From the NCBI GenBank assembly GCA_964421155.1, contig CAYQVV010000003.1, forward strand, positions 1-32,389: DNA of 32,389 nucleotides. The letters run 5' to 3'. This DNA is from an uncultured Elusimicrobiaceae bacterium (GTDB lineage Bacteria; RUG730). Below the pieces are notes generated by a model. It searched no databases. It was not told the origin of the DNA and was given only the letters and a program-made list of their open reading frames with translations. This document shows, piece by piece, positions 1-8,041 of this stretch. The position numbers were made by a program, and so were the translations under genes. Positions within the stretch are counted from its first letter, which is position 1; each line of letters begins with the position of its first letter.

Positions 1-369
1 CCATCTACATTAATTCCAGATACAATAACAAATCTGGGAGTTAAGGTGGAATATGAACTTAAAAAAGCTTTGAAAGATGCAGACATTGTAAATATTTTAA
101 GAATTCAATTAGAAAGACAAACTCAAAATTTGTTTCCATCATTAAGAGAATATACAAAACTTTATAAAGTCACAAAAGAATCTTTAAAAAAATCAAATCC
201 AGATGTTTTGATTATGCATCCGGGACCAATGAATAGAGGAATAGAAATATCTTCTGAGGTCGCGGATATGCCAAATTCAGTTATAAATGAACAAGTTACA
301 AATGGCATTGCAATTAGGATGTCTATATTATATTTATTGTCGCTTTATAGGAATGAAAACATAAATTAA
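1..369 (+). CDS. pyrB: aspartate carbamoyltransferase catalytic subunit, C-terminal part (5' end lies upstream of the window)
   Basis: Frame 1 is open from base 1 into the listed ORF (46..369). The tail carries the ATCase-type HPGPMNRG-EI motif. It lies directly upstream of dihydroorotase, matching pyrB-pyrC order. Confidence 0.85.
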   Translation, partial: PSTLIPDTITNLGVKVEYELKKALKDADIVNILRIQLERQTQNLFPSLREYTKLYKVTKESLKKSNPDVLIMHPGPMNRGIEISSEVADMPNSVINEQVTNGIAIRMSILYLLSLYRNENIN

Positions 370-443
370 AACTATCGTTTTTTTTTAAGTTTGCTTTTAA
401 AAAGGCTTGCCTTTAAAATTTTTTACTGTAGGAGTAAAAATTA

Positions 444-1739
444 ATGAAAATTTTGATAAAAAATGGAAGGATTTTAGATCCAGCTAGAAAATTTGATAGA
501 ATTTGTGATATTTATATAATGAACGATAAAATTAAAAAAATAGGTAAAAACTTAAAAGTTACAGATAAAAATGTCCGAATAATTGATGCAACAGATAAAT
601 TTGTTTTTCCAGGGCTTATAGATATTCATACTCATTTAAGAGAGCCCGGATTTGAAGGGAAAGAGACAATTGCAACAGGTAGCTATTCAGCTGCAAAAGG
701 AGGAGTAACTTCTATTTGTTGTATGCCAAATACAAATCCGGTTTTAGATAATCTGCCTTCTATTGAATATGTTATTTTAAAGTCTGAAAAAGAGGCAATA
801 GTAAATGTTTATCCAATAGGTTGTATTACAAAAAAACAAGAAGGAAAAGAGATTTGTGAAATTGGGACTCTTATAGACGGCGGAATAATTGCTGTTTCAG
901 ATGATGGTAGACCAGTAATGGATTCTTTTATAATGTATAAAGTTTTAGAATATTGTAAAATTTTTGATATACCAGTAATTTCTCATTGTGAAGATTTAAA
1001 TCTTGTAAATAATGGGGTTATGAATGAGGGCGAAATTTCTATGAGGCTTGGACTTGCTGGGATTTCACCTGCTGCAGAAGAAGTTATGGTTGCAAGAGAT
1101 ATAATTTTAGCAGAAAGGACTGGCGGGCATTTACATATAGCTCATATTAGCACAAAAGGATCTGTAAATCTAATTAGAGATGCAAAGAGAAGAGGAGTTA
1201 ATATTACTTGTGAGACTGCTCCACATTATTTTACATTAACAGAAGAAGCAGTTTTGGGATACAACACAAATGCAAAAATGAATCCTCCTCTTAGAACAAA
1301 GCAAGATATTAAAGCTATAATTGAAGGATTAAAAGATGGAACTATAGATTGTATAGCATCAGATCATGCTCCTCATACATCAGAAGAAAAAAATAGAGAA
1401 TTTGATCTTGCACCTTTTGGAATAATTGGATTGGAAACAGAATTAGCTCTTTCTTATACACAATTAGTTTTAAAAGAAAAAATGGATATTAGTTTTGTTT
1501 TAAAAAAATTGACTGCTAATCCTGCAAAAATTATTAGATTAGAAGATAGAGGAAACCTTAATGTGGGGAATTTTGCAGATGTTATTATTTTTGATCCAAA
1601 TAAAAAATTTAGAGTTGGGGATAATATAGCTTCTAAAAGTTCAAATACTCCGTTTTTTGACTGGGAGTTACAAGGAGTGGTTGACACTACAATCGTCAAT
1701 GGTAGAATTGTGTGGAATGAAGGAGAATTTAATATTTAA
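444..1739 (+). CDS. pyrC: dihydroorotase (amidohydrolase family)
   Basis: 431 aa. It has the DIHTHLREPG metal-binding HxH motif, a late ASDHAPH motif, and the typical PGLIDIH start of the fold. A TAGGAG RBS lies about 7 nt upstream of the ATG. Confidence 0.93.
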   Translation: MKILIKNGRILDPARKFDRICDIYIMNDKIKKIGKNLKVTDKNVRIIDATDKFVFPGLIDIHTHLREPGFEGKETIATGSYSAAKGGVTSICCMPNTNPVLDNLPSIEYVILKSEKEAIVNVYPIGCITKKQEGKEICEIGTLIDGGIIAVSDDGRPVMDSFIMYKVLEYCKIFDIPVISHCEDLNLVNNGVMNEGEISMRLGLAGISPAAEEVMVARDIILAERTGGHLHIAHISTKGSVNLIRDAKRRGVNITCETAPHYFTLTEEAVLGYNTNAKMNPPLRTKQDIKAIIEGLKDGTIDCIASDHAPHTSEEKNREFDLAPFGIIGLETELALSYTQLVLKEKMDISFVLKKLTANPAKIIRLEDRGNLNVGNFADVIIFDPNKKFRVGDNIASKSSNTPFFDWELQGVVDTTIVNGRIVWNEGEFNI

Positions 1740-1747
1740 TTAATATT

Positions 1748-2794
1748 ATGTCAGACAAAAAAAATATAACAAATAGAAAAATTTTTTCAATATATTTATT
1801 TAGTGGGCAGAACCAACATTCTAAAAACCAAAAAATAGAAGAAATAAAAAAAACAGTTCTGTCTGAAATAAATGAGTTTAATTTTGATCTTTTGTATGCA
1901 GATGATATAGAACCTAAAAAGGTTATAGAAATTGCAGAAACAATGCCATTTTGTAGTGATAAAAGATTGATTATTCTAAAAAATTTTGAAAATTATTCGT
2001 CAAAGCAAAAAATGATTTTTTCTGAATATTCCAATAATCCTGCAAGTATGACTTGTTTGATTTTGGATGCAAATGAGAGGCAAGATAAGAGAGAATCTTG
2101 GCATAAAGTTTTAGATTCCAATAAAGATTTTGTTCAAATAGAAGTGTTTTGGCAATATCAATATAAAGATTTGCTTAAAATTATTATTGACATTTTTTCT
2201 AAAAAAGGCAAAAATATTGATTATGAAGCTAGTTCAGTATTAGCAGAATTGATAGAAACAAATCCATCTACTCTAGATGAAGAAATTCAAAAAATTTTAG
2301 ATTTTGTCGGGGATAAAAATCATATTTCTTTAACAGATATAAAAGAAAATGTCGTAAAAACTCAGAATCACGATTTATATGAATGGGCGATAAAGATAAC
2401 TAAAAAAGATTTCAGTGGAGCTATAAAGTTTTTGAATAATTTATCTCCAAAAGAATTAAAAGCTCCTCAATTATTATTTTATACAATAACAGAGAGGTTT
2501 ATAAAAATATCTAAATATTTGACAATGATTAGTGAAGGTATTTCTTCAGCAGATGCTCAAAAATTTTTAGGTATATTATATTTTTTAGATCCAAATTTTC
2601 ATAAACAAGCAATATCATTTGATTTTGAAAAATTGAATAAAATATTTAATGTTATTATTGAGGCAGATTTTTTTATGAAAACAGGACAAGGTTTTGCAAG
2701 TAATAATTCTAAATTTTTATTTGAAAAGTTGATATTAGATATAAAATTTATTTTAGAAGGAAATGAGAATAGTGGGGAGAATTTTGGCTCTTGA
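1748..2794 (+). CDS. holA: DNA polymerase III delta subunit
   Basis: 348 aa. The N-terminal IYLFSGQ block, the central A-VLAELIE...LDEEIQKI...I-L-DI block and the following ...LYEW..I...DF..A pattern match the delta-subunit layout. Size is typical. Confidence 0.75.
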   Translation: MSDKKNITNRKIFSIYLFSGQNQHSKNQKIEEIKKTVLSEINEFNFDLLYADDIEPKKVIEIAETMPFCSDKRLIILKNFENYSSKQKMIFSEYSNNPASMTCLILDANERQDKRESWHKVLDSNKDFVQIEVFWQYQYKDLLKIIIDIFSKKGKNIDYEASSVLAELIETNPSTLDEEIQKILDFVGDKNHISLTDIKENVVKTQNHDLYEWAIKITKKDFSGAIKFLNNLSPKELKAPQLLFYTITERFIKISKYLTMISEGISSADAQKFLGILYFLDPNFHKQAISFDFEKLNKIFNVIIEADFFMKTGQGFASNNSKFLFEKLILDIKFILEGNENSGENFGS

Positions 2795-3176
2795 TTATGG
2801 TTTAGTTAGAACTGGAATTGCAATTAGCGATGAAACTAAAAAAATTGCAAGGGCATATAAAGTAGTTATTGGATTAGAAGGATTAAAAAAAGAGATAAAT
2901 AATATATTTGAATTTTATAATATAGATAAAATTTTGCTTGGCATTTCTAATAAAACTAATGAAGAGATCGGAGAAATTGGTGTTTTATCTTTAAAATTTT
3001 CTGAATATTTAAAAGATAAATTTAAAGTGGAAATAGATTTTATAGACGAAGCAATGACCACAAAAGAAGTTGAAAGAATTTTTCGTGAAATGGGAAGAAA
3101 TATAAAGAAATATAAAGGTGAAATAGATAAATATTCTGCTGAACTTATGTTGCAGGAATATTTGGATAGACTCTAA
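2763..3176 (+). CDS. ruvX: Holliday junction resolvase-like nuclease RuvX/YqgF
   Basis: 137 aa. The N-terminal ILALDYGLVRTGIAISD motif is the YqgF signature. The start is ambiguous: ATG 2763 overlaps holA by 32 nt, and GTG 2772 or TTG 2784 are alternatives with better RBS spacing. Confidence 0.85.
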   Translation: MRIVGRILALDYGLVRTGIAISDETKKIARAYKVVIGLEGLKKEINNIFEFYNIDKILLGISNKTNEEIGEIGVLSLKFSEYLKDKFKVEIDFIDEAMTTKEVERIFREMGRNIKKYKGEIDKYSAELMLQEYLDRL

Positions 3177-3195
3177 TTTTATGGAGAGTTAACTT

Positions 3196-4185
3196 ATGTA
3201 TGATTATCAGATCGGAATTATTAGAGCTAAAGAAAGCGAATTATTAAAAAAAACAGATTATGATAGAATTTTAGGTTTTTTGACTTTGAGAGATGTTTGG
3301 GTTGAATTGACAAGATTAAATTTAGGATATAAAGATATTAATTCTAATGAAATGTTAGAAAATATTTCTAAAGTTTATTCAGAAAATTTGAAAAATTTAT
3401 ATTTAGAAACTGTTTCATTTTTTAAAGATGAAGATATTAATTTAAAGAAATCGTTTTTGTATGAGTTTGATTTTTATAATTTGAAGTTATTTTATAAACA
3501 AAAAATATTTGGAAATAATGATTTTGGAAATAAATTTTTAGATATAGGTTTTATTGGATTAAAAAAAATTGAAGATTATATAAAAAATGAAAATTTTATT
3601 TTTGAAATATTAGATGAAAAAAATATAATATTGTCTGATATTTTTGATATTGTTAAAAATGATAAAACTACACTTGCTCCTTTAGATTTTGATTTTATGC
3701 TGGATAGAATGCTTTTTGATTTTAGAATTAAAATTGCTACTATTGAAAATAATGACTTTTTAGCAGATTTTTGGAAAAAAAATATAGATTTTTATAACTT
3801 AAAAATTTTTTTGAAAGATTTTGAAAATAAGGATACTCTTTATATAAAAAATGGATTTATAAATATAGATAATTGGATAAATTTGAAAAATTTACATGAA
3901 GAAGAAGTTATAAATTTTATGGAAGATTATGGATATAAAGACTTGATAAAAAAAGCTTTTCTTGTTATTAAAGAAGATTTTGATTCTTTGGACTGGGAAA
4001 TAGAGGAAGAAAGCATTTTGTTAGATTTATGTGAGAGATCTTGTTTTTATAGTGCCAGTATAGAACCTATAATTTCATATTTTTATAGGAAAAGTTGTGA
4101 GATAAAAAATCTGAATAGAATACTTTTTAACAGAGCTTTTAAAAAAGGGATTGATTCAGAAATAAAGATTAGTAAAAATTTTTAA
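3196..4185 (+). CDS. V-type ATPase subunit C (AC39)-like / DUF2764-like protein, orphan
   Basis: 329 aa. The N-terminus Y-Y-IG-IRAKESELLKKTDYDRIL resembles the conserved start of prokaryotic V/A-ATPase subunit C. A GGAGAG RBS lies 8 nt upstream. No other V-ATPase genes are nearby. Confidence 0.45.
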   Translation: MYDYQIGIIRAKESELLKKTDYDRILGFLTLRDVWVELTRLNLGYKDINSNEMLENISKVYSENLKNLYLETVSFFKDEDINLKKSFLYEFDFYNLKLFYKQKIFGNNDFGNKFLDIGFIGLKKIEDYIKNENFIFEILDEKNIILSDIFDIVKNDKTTLAPLDFDFMLDRMLFDFRIKIATIENNDFLADFWKKNIDFYNLKIFLKDFENKDTLYIKNGFINIDNWINLKNLHEEEVINFMEDYGYKDLIKKAFLVIKEDFDSLDWEIEEESILLDLCERSCFYSASIEPIISYFYRKSCEIKNLNRILFNRAFKKGIDSEIKISKNF

Positions 4186-4218
4186 AAATGATTTTTTATA
4201 ATAAAAGGAGTTTATTTA

Positions 4219-4539
4219 ATGTCAGCACCTCAAGCAATTAGTGAAAATAACATTGAAATTTTTATAGATGGAACAGAAAAAGGATATAAGGGTCAAATAT
4301 TGAATATTAATTCTAGGGCAATGGCTTTTATGTGTGATGAAAAGATTGAAGATAATAATATTTATTTTTTTTCATTTGTTTTGCCTGCGATGGAAAAACT
4401 TAAAAATATAAAAGGTAAAATAGTAAGACAAGAAAAATTTGGAACAAAATTTTTGACTATATTGACTTTTTTTAATATCCCTAAAGTAGAAATGTTGGCA
4501 ATTTATAGATATATTGAAAAAATAAATGAAACTTGTTAA
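4219..4539 (+). CDS. small PilZ-like beta-barrel protein; c-di-GMP-binding motifs look degenerate
   Basis: 106 aa with an AAGGAG RBS. The G-ILNINSRAMAF...G.IVR pattern resembles the PilZ core. There is no RxxxR motif, and the (D/N)xSxxG motif is not intact. Confidence 0.4.
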   Translation: MSAPQAISENNIEIFIDGTEKGYKGQILNINSRAMAFMCDEKIEDNNIYFFSFVLPAMEKLKNIKGKIVRQEKFGTKFLTILTFFNIPKVEMLAIYRYIEKINETC

Positions 4540-7500
4540 TTCCACAATAAAAGATATAACTTTTAAAGTTTATAATAATATAAATTTATTTATAGAAAGA
4601 AATTTTAAAAAAATTTCTTTCTATTTTAATATTTATTTATATTTATTTGATTTTTTTATAAAAAATATTTTTGTTTTTATTTTAGGATTTATTTTTTCTA
4701 CAATTTTTTATATAAATATAAGTATAAAATTTTTGTTTAAAAATTTTATAGACTCATTAAAGATTTTTGATTTTGCCCAATTTTTTAATCCAAATAATTT
4801 AAATTTTTTAAATAGTTTTAATTTTTTTGACTATTTATTAATTGTTTCTTTTTTTTCTATTTTAATAATCAAGATAATTTTATCCATAAAAATAAAAAGT
4901 AAATTTAGTGTTAAATTGTTATTTTTTAATAGAATATTTTCCATAATTACTTTTTTATCGTTTTTTATATTTGGCTTTTTTATTCATTCATTTTTTTATA
5001 AAACTTCGTTACTAAAACAAAAAAATGAATTGTTTTTTGAATATAAAATAAATAATAAAGTTAAAAAAGAATCTTTATTAAAATCAAAGAAAAATAAATC
5101 ATTATATTTCAGGGGATATATAAATAACAATCCTATTTTTATAGATAATAAAGTAGTTTTTGAATTTACGCCAGTAGACATAAAAAAAATAGATGAATTT
5201 GATAATCATAAAGATGATAATTTTTTTTCAAAAGTTTTTTTTGAGAATAAGAATATAAAAAAATTTATTAAAAATGAAAAATATAAGAATTTGAAATTTT
5301 TAGTTGTTGCAGAAAAAATAGATTTTGATATTCTTCCGGAATATAAAAATTTCTATGAAATGAAAGCTTTTGTTAGAAAATTAGATGAAAGTGAAAGATT
5401 TTTTATTAATAATTTGGGATTTGAACAAGATATTTTTTGGACATTAGATAATGTTAAGGATTCTAAAAAATATGAAAATATATATAATTCTTGGATTTCT
5501 TTTTTTATAACAAAAATTAGAGATAGATCTATTAATTTTTTTAACAAAAAATCCCAGCAGAGATTTAAAAGTGAGTTTGGTTTTACAAAATGGGTTATGT
5601 TTGGAGAAAAAAAAGATTTACCAGAAATTTTACAGATAAATAAATTTTTTTACAATCCTATTTTTTTGATTATAGAATCTAAATTTTATATTTGGTTTTT
5701 GTGTTTTATTCCATTGATTTTTTATAAAAAAATAGGACTTTTTACAAAATTTTTATTTTTTTTGATATCTGGAATTTTTCTTTTTATGTTTGGGTGTTTT
5801 CATTTTTTTTCTCCAATAATACTTAATGCTATATGTATGGTTTTATTTTTTTTATTTTTTTCTAATATATTTAATTTATCTAAAGAAAGGGCTTTTTTTT
5901 TAGCATTTAGTATAGAAACAGTTTTTTCTATCTTTATTTTAAAAAATTATTTTATTTTTTCTGATAGGTGGTGGATATATTTTTGTTCTATATCTTTTGT
6001 TTTTATTTTTTTTACAGAAATTTTTGATAATTTTTTATGTAAAAAAGTAAAGGGTTGGAAATTTTGGGGATATTTTTGTTTATTTTTATTATTTTGTTTT
6101 TTTTATTTAATAAACTGGCAGACAATAAATTTAAAATTAAATATTTTTAATATTAAATTTATTTTTTTTATTTTTATTTTTTTGTGGATATTATTCATAA
6201 ATTTTCTTGATAAATATTATCCAATTATAAATTTACGATTTAAAAATATTAACCCTATAATTAGATATTTATTTATAAGCTGGATACTTATTTGTATTTG
6301 TGTTTTATTGCCTTTATCTATAATTTATGGAGAATATTTTTGTATTTCATTAATAGTTTTACTTTTTCCATTGTTTTTTCTATTTTTTTTTATTTTTCAA
6401 ATTTCTTTTATTATTTTTTTTGTAAATATATATTTCTTAGAGCATATTTTTATAAGTTTATATTTTAAATATTTCAAAATGTGTATAATTATATTTAATA
6501 AAATTTTTATTAAATATTTGAATAATGTTATTTATAAATTTTCTACTATAGATTTTAATTTTTCAATGAATCTTTACTGGTTTATATTTATATATCTTTT
6601 TTTTATTTTTATCTTTTTTTTATTTATAAATAAAAAAAATAAATTTAAATTGCATAAATATTTTTTATTAATAAAAAATTTTCTTTTTAAATTAATAAAT
6701 TTTAAAAATTTATTAATTTTCTTTTTAATAATTCTTATTACTGCTTATTGTTTGGCACTTTTTCTTAGAAATAGAGAGGCTTTAAATATTAAATTTTTTC
6801 AAAATAATTATGGTAATTATGTTTATTTTCAAACTCCAGCTAAACAAAAAATTTTTTTATGGAATGTCAAAAAATTAGATTTTACTCCAATAAATTTAAG
6901 ATTTATAAATTTTCACAGTGATATCAATTTTTTTAGATTAAATGGTATTCAAAAAATAAATAAATTAATATTCAATAATTTTTTGGATAATCCAGATATT
7001 TTTTTTCTTTATAAAGAATTTTTTGAAAATCAATATTTGGATAATGCTTCTTTTGATAAATTTAAAAAATTTTCATTATCTAAAAAAAATAAAAATGTTC
7101 CAGAAATATTTTTTGATATTTCAAAAGAAGATATAAATAATATAAAAAGTTTGAATATTTCATATTTTGATTTAAAAAGTAATATTATAAATAATGCAAA
7201 ATTATATGAGCAATTTATTAAATTGAATTTGTTTATAGATATTTTAGATAAATCAAATTTGAAAATAAATTTATACAATAAGAATATAAAAAAATTATTT
7301 ATTTTAGAAGACAGCTTGAATAAAAAAATTTTTGTGTTAAATCTGTTATATAATAATTCAAAATTAAATCTTTTTTTTAAATATGATTTAGACAGCATAA
7401 ATATTTTAATAGATAAAAAAATGATCTCTTTTACAGATAAAGAATATTTATCAGAATATGCTTTTCAAAAAAAGACAGCTTATTTTCAAAAAAGTAAATT

Positions 7501-7627
7501 TTTGGATGGCTTTAGGATTCTTTTTAACTCGTTAAAGTTTAATTTAAATATAAAGGATAATTTTTTAATTAATTATATGAATGTTAAATGTTTTGGGAAT
7601 AAAACTATAATAAAATTTTTGGAGTGA
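4526..7627 (+). CDS. ComEC/Rec2-like polytopic membrane protein, highly diverged, with a degenerate C-terminal metallo-beta-lactamase-like region
   Basis: 1033 aa and extremely F/I/K/N-rich. The layout matches ComEC: N-terminal TM helices, an OB/DUF4131-like soluble block (YFRGYINNNP...FEFTPVDI), and then GFTKWVMFGEKKDLPEIL..FFYNPIFLIIESKFYIW aligning to the LG-r..l..e....F...G..HLLAISGLH competence motif. Many TM helices follow, then LNIKFFQNNYGNYVYFQTP aligns to the start of the ComEC lactamase domain (fLDVGQGDailI), with the catalytic residues lost. Confidence 0.4.
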   Translation: MKLVNSTIKDITFKVYNNINLFIERNFKKISFYFNIYLYLFDFFIKNIFVFILGFIFSTIFYINISIKFLFKNFIDSLKIFDFAQFFNPNNLNFLNSFNFFDYLLIVSFFSILIIKIILSIKIKSKFSVKLLFFNRIFSIITFLSFFIFGFFIHSFFYKTSLLKQKNELFFEYKINNKVKKESLLKSKKNKSLYFRGYINNNPIFIDNKVVFEFTPVDIKKIDEFDNHKDDNFFSKVFFENKNIKKFIKNEKYKNLKFLVVAEKIDFDILPEYKNFYEMKAFVRKLDESERFFINNLGFEQDIFWTLDNVKDSKKYENIYNSWISFFITKIRDRSINFFNKKSQQRFKSEFGFTKWVMFGEKKDLPEILQINKFFYNPIFLIIESKFYIWFLCFIPLIFYKKIGLFTKFLFFLISGIFLFMFGCFHFFSPIILNAICMVLFFLFFSNIFNLSKERAFFLAFSIETVFSIFILKNYFIFSDRWWIYFCSISFVFIFFTEIFDNFLCKKVKGWKFWGYFCLFLLFCFFYLINWQTINLKLNIFNIKFIFFIFIFLWILFINFLDKYYPIINLRFKNINPIIRYLFISWILICICVLLPLSIIYGEYFCISLIVLLFPLFFLFFFIFQISFIIFFVNIYFLEHIFISLYFKYFKMCIIIFNKIFIKYLNNVIYKFSTIDFNFSMNLYWFIFIYLFFIFIFFLFINKKNKFKLHKYFLLIKNFLFKLINFKNLLIFFLIILITAYCLALFLRNREALNIKFFQNNYGNYVYFQTPAKQKIFLWNVKKLDFTPINLRFINFHSDINFFRLNGIQKINKLIFNNFLDNPDIFFLYKEFFENQYLDNASFDKFKKFSLSKKNKNVPEIFFDISKEDINNIKSLNISYFDLKSNIINNAKLYEQFIKLNLFIDILDKSNLKINLYNKNIKKLFILEDSLNKKIFVLNLLYNNSKLNLFFKYDLDSINILIDKKMISFTDKEYLSEYAFQKKTAYFQKSKFLDGFRILFNSLKFNLNIKDNFLINYMNVKCFGNKTIIKFLE

Positions 7628-7635
7628 TTGAAAAT

Positions 7636-8010
7636 ATGTTTGAGTTAAAAGTAAAATCTAAGTTTTCGTCTGCACATTTTTTAAGGGAATACAATGGAAA
7701 ATGTGAAAATTTACATGGACATAATTGGAAAGTAGAAGTAGTTATTTGTGGTAATGATTTAAATAATATTGGATTATTGGTAGATTTTAAAGAACTTAAA
7801 GAAAAACTGAATCATATTTTAAATGAATTAGATCATTATTTATTAAATGAAAAAGAATTTTTTATAAAGTTAAATCCTTCTTGTGAAAATATATCATTTT
7901 ATATTTATAAGAAATTGAATGAATCTTTATCTTTAAATAATAATAGAGTTAAAGTTAAAAGAGTAAATGTTTGGGAAACAGATGATTCTTGTGCTAGCTA
8001 TATAGAATAA
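7636..8010 (+). CDS. queD: 6-carboxy-5,6,7,8-tetrahydropterin synthase (queuosine biosynthesis)
   Basis: It carries the classic QueD/PTPS motifs F.A.H ... C.N.HGHN. The ORF track starts at GTG 7624. ATG 7636 is preferred because GGAG at 7621-7624 then sits 11 nt upstream. Confidence 0.9.
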   Translation: MFELKVKSKFSSAHFLREYNGKCENLHGHNWKVEVVICGNDLNNIGLLVDFKELKEKLNHILNELDHYLLNEKEFFIKLNPSCENISFYIYKKLNESLSLNNNRVKVKRVNVWETDDSCASYIE

Positions 8011-8041
8011 TAAAAATTATTAACAAAATATAGGATTTTTA

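Noticed and set aside
369-443. A small hairpin, AAAGGC-TT-GCCTTT (about 403-416), after pyrB, considered as a terminator.
   Set aside because: The stem is 6 bp with a 2-nt loop, which is sterically poor, and pyrB-pyrC are probably co-transcribed. The evidence is too weak to list as a feature.
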